DNA from: Monocercomonoides exilis PA203
Lineage: Eukaryota > Protista > Preaxostyla
Reading direction: 5' to 3'
Assembly (NCBI GenBank): GCA_001643675.2
Contig: LSRY02000016.1
Location: 620,001 to 684,000, forward strand
Length of the DNA stretch: 64,000 bases
Shown: positions 37,061 through 49,201 of the stretch, in pieces
Position numbering within the stretch: the first letter of the stretch is position 1
How the letters are laid out: each line of letters starts with the position of its first letter
Translations under genes and position numbers: made by a program
Notes under the pieces: generated by a model
Database searches by the model: none
Told to the model about the DNA's origin: nothing
Seen by the model: only the letters and a program-made list of their open reading frames with translations

Positions 37061-40046
37061 ATGAGTGAAATGAATCTAAATAACTTTATTAAAGAATTGC
37101 CGATAGAATTACAAAAATGCTTGTCAGCGAAAAATATTGTTTGGCAATTTTATTTTATCCCAGCATGCATAATTATTTATTTTTTAATATAATTCATCTT
37201 TGTAGCTTGAAGCATTTGAAAGAAAAGTTGAGGAATTAAAAAACAATGAATGCACATTCGTGGAATTAATAAGAACAAAATCTTTCAATGGCGGTAATTG
37301 AATGTTTCATATTAATTATCACTCAGATTAATTTGCATTTTTCTGCTTTAAAACTAGTCTACAAGCACCCAAACAATACTGGAGAAGAAATTGGTAAAAT
37401 TCACTTTGAAACTTTCGATGGAAAGCTTTGGTTGGCATATACTCCTGTCAAGATGGATGGATCATTAAAAAAAGATGGACACATTTATTTCTTGTGTCCA
37501 AACAGTAAACACGGTATAAATTGTGCAATCTCCGGACGAAAAAAATTCGATAAAGTTGTGAATCATCGATGCACATTGACAACTGCATCAAAAGTTTACC
37601 ATATTTCAAGTTTCATCCATCTTATACAAGATTTTCTGAAGTTCCTTCAAAGAAAATTGTTCCAACTCATTTTCAATTTGATTCATTTATTGAACATTTT
37701 TTGCATTTAATTGGTCATTGCAATATTGCGTTTCTTTCTGCTTACTCCAATGAATTCAACATATTTATTTCTTCTTTAATTATCACTTCCCAACAAAATC
37801 CAACTCTTTCACCGACAACCATATTTCCTACTCTCACATATCGTAAGCTAACAGCACTTATACATGAAGTAGGTAAGAAAAGAATAGCCAATAGAAATAC
37901 AAAGATTTATAATTCAATGGTTGGCGTCATGATGGATGGAGGTGTTGTAGCAGGAAAAAAATACACTGTTATCACTATTGTTCCGTTGCAGACAAAGGCA
38001 TCTCCATTTTTCTGGAAAATTGAAAAGGCACGCTTCACAACTTCCGATTATTTTCATCTTGCAAATAAAATTTTAACAGAAATAGCTGACTTGAAAGGAG
38101 AAGTGCGCTGTTTTTGTACGGACGGCTTGCTGCCACAAAAACTCGCAATTCAAAGCTTTGCAGATCAAACAAAGCCGACCTCAATCACAGAAACGCGGAA
38201 AAAAATTCCTCCTCTATTTGTTTACTGTTGTAACCATTTGATTAATTTAATAGTCACACGCATATTTAAGGATAATTCATTTTTCGTGCAATTAAAAGAA
38301 GAAATAACGTCATTTTCAAAAATTTCCAGAAACGAGTCCACAAAAAATCCATTTTTGCCGAAATGCCCTTCGTTTATTGAATCAAGATGGCTATGTCTTT
38401 TTGACATATGTTTTTTTATTACAAAAAATAAACACAATATCTCATTTACAGACTATTTCTGCAAAGTCAAAATAGATGACGTGATCCGATGTGAATTATT
38501 ACTAATTCCTCTGAAACAACTGCAATTGTTCTTTGAAAAAGACGACACAAAGCTTGGAGATGTATTTCCAATTATCCTTAAATCCATTGCGCAATACATG
38601 TAGTTGCAAGATCTTGAGGAATTTTCTTCACCTGATTAGCAATATGGAGTTTGCTTTATTGTAATCCAACTGTTCAATTCATATTTAGGGAAAGAACGAG
38701 GAGATCAAATCGCTTTGGCTCATTCCTTAACTCCAATTGGAATCCTTGACTACAGAAACGGTTTGTTCTTAAAGTCTTATTCGACAGAGTTAATGACATT
38801 GAAAGAAAAATACAGATCTTTTCAATGTTCATCAATGTTTTCAAAGGATTCAGATCAAACTCAAATTCAAAGGATGCGTTGCGATTCATCTATTCAATCT
38901 ATAAAAGATATAATGCCAAGTGACTCGGTCTTTCTTTGTCCTTCTAAAGAAGTTCCAAATACTGCATCTTCAAAGAATCAACAGAAAAAGTTACGAACAC
39001 TTTCTCATGTAATGGAAGATAAACCCATCGAAAATGAATTTTTTTCAGACAAACAATATGCGCATTCATTTTTTTCGAAGAATGAAAAAAATAATTTTCC
39101 AACAAATTTTACTCACCCAATATTCTCTTCTCCATTATCAGTTGAGACTTTTTATTCTGCTCTTCAGTTTATAAGCCCAGAAAAAGACAGAAAAGCAGAA
39201 GCAATTACCGAAACACATGTTCAACTTCTGCCGCTTCCAAAAGATTTGCACTCTATTTCATCAACTTCACCAACCAACTCACCAAATAACAGTTTGCTCC
39301 ATTTATTAGCTCTTTTGAAAGAAAACACACTTATCGAAAAAGAAGTTATTACTAATGAAGAAGATATTTTTGGGGAAATAGATTTTGACGAAACAGGCAT
39401 TATTCAAGCAGAAAACGATTCGGCGGATGATGAATATGATGAAAGATCTAACATTTCTGAACGTAGCGAACAGGAATAATCAATTTATGAATCAAGAAAT
39501 AAACACTCACATATTGAAGAAAGTGATTCACAATCAAATTCAAACGAAAAAAAGGAAGATAAATGTTTAGATAATGAAAAAAGCCTTTCAAAAGACGATA
39601 ATGATGTTGAAGAACTCGGCGTGAATGAATTTATTATCACAGACTGCACGAAGACAACAGAACAAATAAAGAAAGCATTTTCAAAAATACAACAATCCAT
39701 TTGCATGGACTGGTTTCTCCGATTGAAGTTAGCTTTCAATGATTATTTGTCCAAAATTTCTTGTTTGAAAGCTTCAAGTCATATTGAGAGCATTCGAGCT
39801 TTATTTTCATCAATGTTGCTGGATAATGCTCAAAACGTGTATCACACTAATACTCAAATTTTTTATTCTGAAATTTCAAAGCAAGGAACAATATCAACAA
39901 TTTTTGCAAACATTTGTTATTCGTTGACGATGTTTCCGTGCAGCGAAGCATCTTGTGAAAGAATTTTCTCTCGCTTGAGACGAATTGTTGGAGATAGAAG
40001 GTACTCGCTTGCACCAGAAACGCTCAACGCATTGCTTTTACTGTAG
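37061..40046 (+). pseudogene. hAT transposase, intron-containing, disrupted
   Basis: Exons 37061-37138, 37206-37293 and 37358- join in frame; Zn-finger-like C..C..H.C; motifs VMMDGG, FCTDG, CCNHLINL (CxxH), ESRW and PCSEASCERIFS..R..L...TLNALLLL (dimerisation domain); in-frame stops at 38601, 38637 and 39477; frame change near 37600-37650 (frameshift or unrecognised intron). Confidence 0.88.
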
Positions 40047-41039
40047 ATGTTTATATTTTTTTCAATAAAACATTCAACTGCTAAAGCTATCTTTTTGCAT
40101 TTCAGTGAAGAATTCTGAATATATTTTAATCCAAATGAAATTTCTTGACAAACAATGAGGTTTGTTGAACAAAGTTTGCAATTATAATTTTTCTGAACTG
40201 TTTTTGAAACAAACTTTCGATATTTGTCATTAATAGAAGAATCTTATTGTGAATATGTGGAATTGTGAGTTACAAATACAAGGTTTGATAAATATTTTTT
40301 CAAATTTCCAATCAACAACTATATTTCAGTGGACAAATATGTTTGTTCTTCTTAATTAATTTATCTACTCCGTTTTCAGATGCTTGTTATACACATTGAT
40401 CCATTTAACAACGTTCGTTGAGCTTTTATATTGTGTTCGAACGTTTTTCATTCTTCGGAATGAAGAGCGATGTTCATAACTGATAATAATTACAATTCAT
40501 CATATATTTTTTGAGTAATTGCATTTTTTCATATCACCAATCAAAAGATAGTTTGTTTGCAACATAAGGGTCTTTTGTTCATCCAGTTAAATAGTTTCAG
40601 TGGATTCAACTTTGAAATGATGCTTCAATTGTTTATTAAAGAATCAGCATTTGAGAAATAATTGTTTTTATATGTAAATGATATTAAATAAAGATTCTTA
40701 TTGGAAATCGCGAATAAAAAATATTGAATACAGATGAGTTCAAAAGAAATAATGAAATTTATCTCTATTATTCGATAACTCTCTCGAAAAAAGATAATTC
40801 ACAAGATATGTTATGTTAATGTGAAGTGAGTATTGTTTTTTTTGTGTCAAATAATTATTTAATTATTAAATAAATAAGAAAGCAAGAAAATGTTGAAAAA
40901 TAATCTAAATTGCAGCAAAAAAAAGACAAAACTCCTTTTCATTTTGCATAATTATTAAATAACCACACAATCTCAAAGCTGGAAACGACCTCAAGGAAGC
41001 TTCAGACAAGTTTCTGATATTTTTTGCCTTTTTCTTGTA

Positions 41040-42005
41040 GCAATCTTTTTCCGCTTCATGTTCACCTCGTTCTCCCTTAACTGTATCTGCAGCGTCAGAC
41101 ACTCCCACAACATCATCCCAATCGAGAATACCACCGACTCCTTCGTTGCATCCATCTTCTTGTTCATCACCAGCTCCGGCGCCTTCCAAGGAAGGCACTC
41201 ATTTTTGAATTCTTCCTCATCCTCAAAAACCGATGAAGGAAGTGAGTCACTTTCATCATCACTTGCAGATGTCACAACAGTCGTTGATGATGAGATGGAC
41301 GATGAATCCGAGTCTGTCGAGCAGTCTGAGTGCATCGCAATGCAGATCACCATGTGCTCTGAGAACAGCACAATGTGCGGACTCAGGCTATCCAGCGATT
41401 GAAGCGCCACTTTGAGCTCGTCGAAGAAATGAAGCACCCCGTTCGCCACCCAGAACATGATCTGAGCAGCTGTCACCTCCCGCTCCTCCAGTGTGCCTAT
41501 CGCCATCTCTTTCTTCTCGTTCCTTCCATGAAGCAGCATGAACAGTGAATCTCTCAAATCCACAATCAGCTTCTCAGGAGGCGAGGAGCAGGCCATTGCG
41601 TCCACCAGATTCGACATGGATAAGGTGGTTGGACACAGACTCTCCACTCGAACAAATGTTGTGTCAGTGTCTGAAGTGTCAGTGGTGGAAGTGGATGAGA
41701 TGGATGGTGATGGAGTTCTTTTCCTTGTCTCTTCTTCTTTCTCATCAACCTTTTCCAATGCCCATTGAGGAATCTTGTCTGAATCTCTCCCCAATATGTA
41801 TTCAGTCTATCCGCTCTCAGACAGAAGATGCTCCGATGATTCCGAACGCTGAAGGCTTTTCGCATACACCCTCTTCTTTGCATTCTTTTCATTCTTCTTC
41901 TCTGTCTCCCTCTCCGCTCTTCGTCATTGAACTTCTGGCAACATCTCCATCTTCGCCGTCTCAAACGCTTTTGCATACTTTTTTACTGCTGTGCTCTCAA
42001 CAATT
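41040..42005 (-). pseudogene. Cytoplasmic-tail fragment of the receptor-pseudokinase family, inside the hAT element
   Basis: DSDKIPQW..ETRKRTPSPSISSTST, SNLVDAMACSSP.EKLIVDLRDSLFMLLHGRNEKKEMAIG, LSPHIVLFSEHMVIC and WKAPEL..TKESVVFSIGMMLWECLTL are highly similar to 61860-62800; in-frame stops upstream of 41794; no TM or ectodomain. Confidence 0.92.
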
Positions 42006-42694
42006 TTGTTTTTTCTATGTTTTTTGCAATATTATACAAATCAAACTGACAAAACGAGGAAAAAACAAAGATAATTAAATAAAACAAATAATTTCTAACC
42101 TTTTGAAAATTGGAAAATTTAGTCTTTCCTTGCTTATTTTCCTTTTTCCCGATCAAATCCTGGAAATTGCCTGTATTTCTAAAATCTAATGAAAATCATA
42201 AAAATGCAATCGATTGAATGAACGAAAACACAAAAAATTCTCACAAACTTCAGCAAACTTTATTCATGTTAATTTTTTTTCAATTTTTGTATCAATAACC
42301 GCATATTGTGCAACGCATTAATAATATTAACATGCAAATGATTTAAGTTGTTCATGCATCGAAAAAAAAAGTCAAATTGAAATAACTCAAAGCTGATTTG
42401 ATAGTATTTCCTTGAATAACATAAAATTCGTTGTTATCAAAAAATAAATCGAAAAATCAACATATATATATCAAATATAAAAAAAATGTTATGTTTACAA
42501 CATTCAATACATGAAGATTCATCAGTTAAACTATTAACATTTTTGATCATTCCCATAATTATCAAATAATTTAATTTTATTTATGTGTGCCAAGATCTTG
42601 AAAAAATTAAATTTTTTATAATAAATAAATTTTTTTTAATTTTATTAACTTTTGTTCAATCAAATAAAGAAACGTTTGCACACTTTTATATGCT

Positions 42695-42733
<39 letters not shown>

Positions 42734-42926
42734 TCGACACAAGTTTTATTATTCGACCGACGCAAGCCTCTCCTGTTTCATGTGTCGCAAAGGTTTTATT
42801 TCATATTTTGCATCAATTTTTAATCGCATACACCAAACTTTGCAAGCATGGAATTTATTTCAGGATAATGCTATTTCATTCATTCTTAAAAAGATTCGTG
42901 AGTGGGAACAGAAATTTGATCGAAAT

Positions 42927-43361
42927 ATGAAATTTTAACTTTATTTGATGATAAAACAAAAGGAACTTTTCAAAAGAATTTTGATATATCACAAAAAATG
43001 TACACTCTTCGAAAAAAGGTATGCAGCATGTATATTCACTAAAATTATTGTTGCAAGTTAAAAGAAATATTAATTGTTTTCAATGTCTGCTGAAATATTT
43101 TTTTTCAAACTGTTCTTCCAAGCTGTGGTTGTGTTTGTCAACAAATTTTTACATCTTTATGGTTTTGATCAATTATTAATAATAATTTTCTAATTAAAAT
43201 CACACGTTTTTTTAAATAAACACAAAATTTAGTATTTACTAAAATCTTACAAAACAAAAATAAAACCATTTAAAATGAATCGAGAGGACTTTAACGTTGA
43301 AAAAACTGACTATTTCGAGTGATCAACTACCTGGTTTTCAAACACTTACAGGGTTTTCCAC
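42927..43361 (-). repeat. Right arm of 435-bp inverted repeat
   Basis: ATGAAATTTTAACTT...CACTTACAGGGTTTTCCAC. Confidence 0.95.
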
Positions 43362-43365
43362 AAAT

Positions 43366-43368
43366 GGT

Positions 43369-43407
<39 letters not shown>

Positions 43408-44039
43408 TTTGATATGCAATTAATAAGAAAATTTGTTGTTGCAAAAAAAAAAATCAATAAAACAAATACAGTCTGAACCAAATATTATCTCATTAGGCAT
43501 GGGACGAAATATTTTGTTTTATGAATTTTGTTCAACAAAGTTCCGACAAAAAATTTACTCTGTTTTTTTATATTTCAATTATTTATGTTATGTAGCAAAG
43601 CTAGAATTATTATAACACAATTGTGGAAAAATTTTGGAACAAAAGTCTTAATTTTTTTATAAAGTTCCTTTTGTTAAATTTTCAAATAAAATAAAATTTC
43701 ATATTTCGATCAAATTTTTGATCCCACTTTCTAAATTTCAATGAAATTAAAACAAAATCTCGAAAAAATTATTATTTCCATTTCAGTGAAGTTTCATTCG
43801 TTGGAACAGAAATTTGATCGAAATATGATATTTATATATAATTTGAAGATTAAAAAAAAAGAAATTTTCATCAAAAAAACAGCCATATCGAAATTGTTTT
43901 CGTAATCCACGTTTTGGAAAAAATACCAAAGCAAATATATGTCATTATCAAAAACATTGAACCAACTTTTAGGTGTTTTTCTCAAAAGTTGAAACAGTAT
44001 ATTACACATTTAAATAAAATTGCATCAAAAAGATTTACC
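43366..44039. mobile_element. Second, more diverged foldback element related to the 36335-43361 element
   Basis: Core IR TCATATTTCGATCAAATTTTTGATCCCA (~43699-43726) vs TTGGAACAGAAATTTGATCGAAATATGA (43801-43828), the same motif as 42901-42930; 43661-43702 resembles 36728-36769; possible outer ends GGTAAAT..TTTTGAT(AT)GCAATT / AATTGCATCAAAAAGATTTACC. Confidence 0.55.
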
Positions 44040-44570
44040 AAATTTTATTCCAATAAAAACTTGCAGAATCAAGAAACCGTAGAGTTTTAAAACAATTACA
44101 CAATAAACTGAATCAATACTGTTGCATATGCATTTTTTGCTGATGAACTGATGTCAAATCACAAAAATTGATCCAATATAATTTAAACTTTACGAAGTGC
44201 GAATAATCAACACGAATGGAAGTCTTTTAAATTTTGTGTTCAAAAACTTTCATTTCAAATTATTTTTGGTTCTTAAAAAGAATTATAAAAATATTATTTT
44301 TTTTTTGAAAAAAAAAAAAATAAACACTAATAGAATGACCAAAAAACAAAAATAGAAATAAAAGAATAAACAGTTGATTGTCTCTCATTAAACTAATTAA
44401 TGAATATTGTCTTTAAAACCCACAAGAATTCGACAAAGATGCTGGAGCATAAATCCCTCTCATTTCAATAAATCTGAAGTATTAATGAATACAGAATAAT
44501 CCAAATAATTTAAAAGTTCAAAAATTACTCTGTTCTAAATAATTGTTTCACTTTTTGTCTATGTGCATGA

Positions 44571-46339
44571 TCAAGACTTTAGAATAAAAATGTGCTGGAG
44601 TTGCTCATTCACTTGTGAAGGATCAAATTTCTTGTATTTTTGAGGATTTGTAGTAAACGGTTCGTTTGCGTATCTGTATCAACAAGGAAAATATTCAGAA
44701 ACACAAAATATTAAGATAATTTTTGAACACACAGTTTTATGAAAGAAATACAACACAATAAAAAAGACATCATACGTGTTCCAAAAATGTTGGTACAGAG
44801 ATGAAACCGTGTCACCAATATCGTGCTTCAACATGATCCTCAGGCTGTCATCGGGAATCACAAACTGCTGCTGCACAGACAAAAGCTCTGTGTATGCCGA
44901 GTTGAAGCTGGCAAAGCGATCTTTTATCCGCTCTCGTGATGCGTTGTCCAACTCGTTGCTTCCGCTGCTTATTGCACCCTTTTTGCGCACCAAGTCGATT
45001 TTTGGCACAATCGCCAGGTTGATTTTCTCCAACAGCACACGCTGGAACTCACACTTGTTTTGGTTGAAAAGACGTTGCATCGACTCCTGCACGCTCGGTT
45101 GTACTGTCACAGTTAGAACTATATCACAAGAGAAAAAGAGAAAAAGAGAATGAGAGAATTTGAGAATGTTCAAAACATAAATTTATTGTAAATTACAAAT
45201 GAAATCAATAAAAGCAACAAAATAATACAATTATTTACAATAATACGAATGTATGCAAAATGAAAAAAAAAAAACATTCAATATAACAAAAGACATTTCT
45301 CATTTATTTTCTTTATTTCTATTTATTTCAACACAAACTTGGTGAAGATTCATAAGCATTAATGATGTGATGAATGTTATTCGTCAGAAAGATCGTTATT
45401 AAAGTCTGTGACTTTATTTCCTTTGTCTTTTGCTGCAATTTTTCACTCAAATTCATCAAAGTAGCCTGAATCCAATTGGTAAGACCAGACAATCTGGTGA
45501 GCTTTTCTTGCGGAATTGGCAGAATACCTTCAGTCGCTGCTGTTGTTGTTGGCAGCACATTCAACGCTGTCTGATGGCGCCCGAGTGCAGGTGTTGACCG
45601 AGTTGAAGAAGAAGAAGAAGATGATGATGATGATGAGGCTGAAGCAGAGGACAAATACGACGATGAGGCAGAATGAGAGGACGGATTGGGGATTGAAGCA
45701 GTTGGGTGCTGGGGAAGCAGCGATATTTTGGGAACGGCAGAAGACGGAGGTAGAAGCGAGGTGGATGAGATAGACAAAGACGAAGTGGAAGCGGTTTCTG
45801 CATCGCTTGCAAGTGCTGGTGTGCGACGGGATATAACAGGAGAATGCGGCACTGGCGAAGACGACGAAGGCGTCGATCGGCCAGCCGGCGAAGGAAAACC
45901 AGACGATTCCATCGAGACGCCAGATGATGTTCCAAAAAATGCCGGTGAAATGGCAGGTGTGATCCGCGCAGACGGTGTGTGTCCGCGCATATGAGGTCCT
46001 CCTCCGCTCTTCTTCTCCTCTTCGCTTTCGCTTCTCTCGCTCTCTGCTCGATAGGGCGAAGGCTCGTCTGAAAAGGAAGGGAGCTGGTGCGAGTTCAGCT
46101 TGCTCACAAAGGATGCTGCGCTGGACAAGCATATGCTTGAGCGGTATTTCAGCACCTCGTTCGCTGTGTAGTGAAAAACCACTACGCGCCGTATGTGCGA
46201 CAGAGTCCTGTTTGTCAGCGGATGCACTGTCCCAGACGACGGAACAGGACGTGTGTCTTCGAGAATCGACTTTGTGTACTGGTTTAGCATCGACCTGACG
46301 GTTTGTAGAATCAGAAGTATCACATTGCAGTTGTATTAA

Positions 46340-46379
<40 letters not shown>

Positions 46380-47579
46380 TATATTCATTAATATGTGGAC
46401 AAATAATAAATATAAACACACATTGCTGTTGATGCAGCTTCGCATATAATGCCTCCGATCCTCTCAAAGCCCTGCGGAGATCCTCTCAAGGCATCTACAA
46501 CAAATTCTCTTTCAATCAGAATCTGCCTCACCACATCCAACACCAAAAACTCGTGGTCATCGGCTCTTTTGTGCTTTATCAGCACATAATGCAGCAAGTC
46601 TGCCCAAAGCGTTATTGCTGGCTCGGCTATGCTTTCAAATACAGCGGAATCAAAAGGAAAACAGTGATTTATTAAAGCCACTTCAAACAAAAGCAAAGAT
46701 AGTATTTGTTCAGTTAGCTTCAAAAGAGGATGAGATCCCTGTGAATAAAAGCCGGTTGTGGTTGCTTCTTCCTTATTAAAATTCTTAACAGGCTCAACTG
46801 ATATCTGTTGAATAGTCTTTTTCACATGCTGGCATCTTGTTTCTCTGAATTTTTGCTTGTAGCCATGTCTGTTTGCTTTCTCAAGATATGTTGCAATTTC
46901 TCGTAGTGTTTTCATATGTGGATCATCAGTGAAAGAGTACTCAAATACACCAGGAGTAAAATGCGTGTTTGCAGAAAAAAGGCGAATGCATTCTCCATAT
47001 TTCTTTTCAAGAACATCCAAAGCTTTTGAAATCATTGGTTCCCAAAGTTTCAAAGCAAGAATTGCAGCCATTCCATATCTAATCTTATTTTCTTTCAAAA
47101 ATGAAACCTTTTGCTGAGCTTGATCAATTGCAGTATAAAACTTCGGTAAATCATCCTTTAGAGAAGGTTCTTCAATTCGTTAAAAACGACAATATTTGAA
47201 AAAATCACTTCAAAAATGATCAAAAAAGAAAAACCTTTCTCCAAAACAATCTTGATAGAATGATCAATTTCGAATAAAGACGCTTCTTTTGCAAGCATAT
47301 CGCGAGCATCTCGAATGTGTTCGTGCTCCAACTGACAAATTTTGTAAAAAAAATGAGAAAAAACAAAAAAATGCGAAAAACCTTGAATTGAGCCGTGCTT
47401 GTTAATAAAGATTCTGTATTTTTTTCGACAGTTGTGAGTCTGTCTTGCATTGTATCTATTTGAGTCGCCGTTTGTTGACATAAATCCAAAAAATGAGTGT
47501 TCAACGCTGATAAAATCTTGAGTTTTTCTTCTTCTTCGGCAATAACATTTTGAAATGTATTCATCTCGATTTCAAGCAT
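44571..47579 (-). CDS. EXO70: Exocyst subunit Exo70 (6 exons) with a long Ser/Pro-rich insert
   Basis: PSSGTVHPLT, IFLTNNIHHI, RERIKDRFASFNSAYTEL..VQQQFVIPD..LR, LYQHFW.TY and FTTNPQKYKKFDP; five GT-AG introns restore one frame; TGA at 44571-73. Confidence 0.9.
46339..46377. repeat. (AAT)n microsatellite in an Exo70 intron
   Basis: Direct observation. Confidence 0.85.
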
Positions 47580-47958
47580 ATATATTTGTCACTTACAATG
47601 TCAAATAAATATTTACACAAACTCAATTGATCAATATTTCTATAAACAAATTCATTGACGAAACAAAAAAATATTTTTTTGTTGAATTCAAAAGTAGTCA
47701 GAAACGTTTACATAACAAAGCTTCATTTCAATCATTTTATCACTTAAAAATTTTCATTTGGTTGTGCATGTTTCTGAGGATAAATTTTTGAAAATATTCA
47801 GAAAAAAGAAAATCGAAAGATTTATTAAATGTTAGACAATGTTGAACTTTTAAAACACTTTTGTAATATATTTTGCATATATTATTGATATTAAAAATTT
47901 TTTCTCATTGAATTTAAAAAATAAAAATGGGAATTTGAAATTGTTAAAAATTTAAGAA
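47580..47958. promoter_or_regulatory. Putative bidirectional promoter between EXO70 and TBCB
   Basis: 379-nt AT-rich gap between divergent ATGs; inferred from position only. Confidence 0.45.
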
Positions 47959-49201
47959 ATGTCACATTGGTATTTCGTAACTTCTTCTTCGATGCCTATT
48001 AGAACTGAAAAAAAATTTAATGATGACATTTCAATATTGAAATTAAAAGTTTGATTTAATTGTTGTCAAATGACTCATTTATTTATTTTTTCTTTTCTTT
48101 TTTGAATTATAAACAAGACTTCATTGTATTCAATAATCGGAATTCCAGCTTCTTGCATAAAATTACAACTTAAAGATGAAGAGGGGACAGTTATTGCAGA
48201 TGATCTCGATAATAATAAATGCTTAAATGATTATGAAATTTTTGATCATGCAGAGCTTCATGTCCGCTGATTTTTTTAATGTGAAACCTGAACAATTTTA
48301 TAAAATATAACATTTTATAGGCTGTGGACACATCACCAACAAATTCATTGGGCGATCTTACAGATGTTTCAAAAGTTGAAAAATTCAAAATATCAGAAGA
48401 AGAATATAATAAACGAGATGGTTTGAAGTCGAAAAGATTCTCATATAAATCTTTATCAAAATTTATAATTGACTCAGATTCTTTTAGGAAATTTAAAGAA
48501 CAAAACAAAGAACTATTTGCGGTGAGTTAATTTGTTGATTTTTAATTAAACAAAATATATTTACGACATTTTTAGAAACAAAAGGCTTTTTCAAGTTCTC
48601 AACCTTCTTTAAAAGAAGAAAACGATCATGATAGTATCTCCGAAGATCAAATTGGAAAGAGATGCCGAGTGAGTGTTTTTTTGGCTTCATTTTCTGCATA
48701 TTAACTTTTTTGAATTCAGATTTCAGGAGATCGAAGAGGGGTCATACGATTTGTTGGTTTGTTACAAAATTTGCTACTGTTAGGTTTTTTTTTTTACAAA
48801 AGAGCAAAAATTTTGCATCGAAAATTTTGCATCGAAAATTTAAACATTTTAAAGGTGAGCTTCCTGGAAAGAGTGGGCTTTTTGTTGGGATAGAACTTGA
48901 CGAGCCAATAGGAAAAAATGATGGAAGGTTTGTGCTTGGCGCATTATTATTTGAAAAGAAACAAGCATTTTTTTCTTTGTCTTCACTGAGTTTAAAACGA
49001 TCATCAGTTTATTCCATTTTATCAAAATTTCGAAATACATAATTCATTTATTAATATTTGTTTTTGAAATTGATTTGGTAACTCAATGAAAATAGTTTTG
49101 AGGGAAAAAAGATATTTGAATGCGCAGAAAAGCATGGGATATTCGTAAGAAATAAAGATATTGAAGTTGGAGACTTTCCAGAACTTGACCTGGATTTTTG
49201 A
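47959..49201 (+). CDS. TBCB: Tubulin-folding cofactor B (Ubl + CAP-Gly), about 8 exons
   Basis: Spliced product MSHWYFVTSSSMPIRTEKKF...ELH-AVDTSP..DVSKVEKFKISEEEYNKRD-DSFRKFK...IGKRCR..RRGVIRFVG..GLFVGIELDEPIGKNDG-SFEGKKIFEC..KHGIFVR..DIEVGDFPELDLDF*; CAP-Gly GKNDG motif. Confidence 0.93.

Larger units (their letters stand above)
36771..42797 (+). mobile_element. hAT DNA transposon (~6.0 kb) with 17-bp imperfect TIRs and 8-bp TSD
   Basis: Left TAGGCCTTTGCGACACA; right TGTGTCGCAAAGGTTTT (13-nt perfect core); flanks ATTTCATG (36763-70) and ATTTCATA (42798-805); CGAC/GTCG-rich subterminal motifs; hAT transposase inside. Confidence 0.82.
36335..43361. mobile_element. Foldback / long-TIR (possibly MULE-like) element; ~1 kb when empty, ~7 kb with the nested hAT
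   Basis: 435-bp inverted arms 36335-36769 and 42927-43361; removing the hAT leaves a ~120-nt loop. Superfamily uncertain: ends GGAAAAC, with only a 6/9 candidate TSD (gcaataggt / acaaatggt). Confidence 0.75.

Noticed and set aside
36328-43368. Firm Mutator classification of the foldback from a 9-bp TSD
   Set aside because: The candidate TSD matches only 6/9 and no MULE transposase is present; kept as a possibility only.
48807-48843. 14-nt tandem repeat aaaattttgcatcg in a TBCB intron
   Set aside because: Simple local duplication with no evidence of function.
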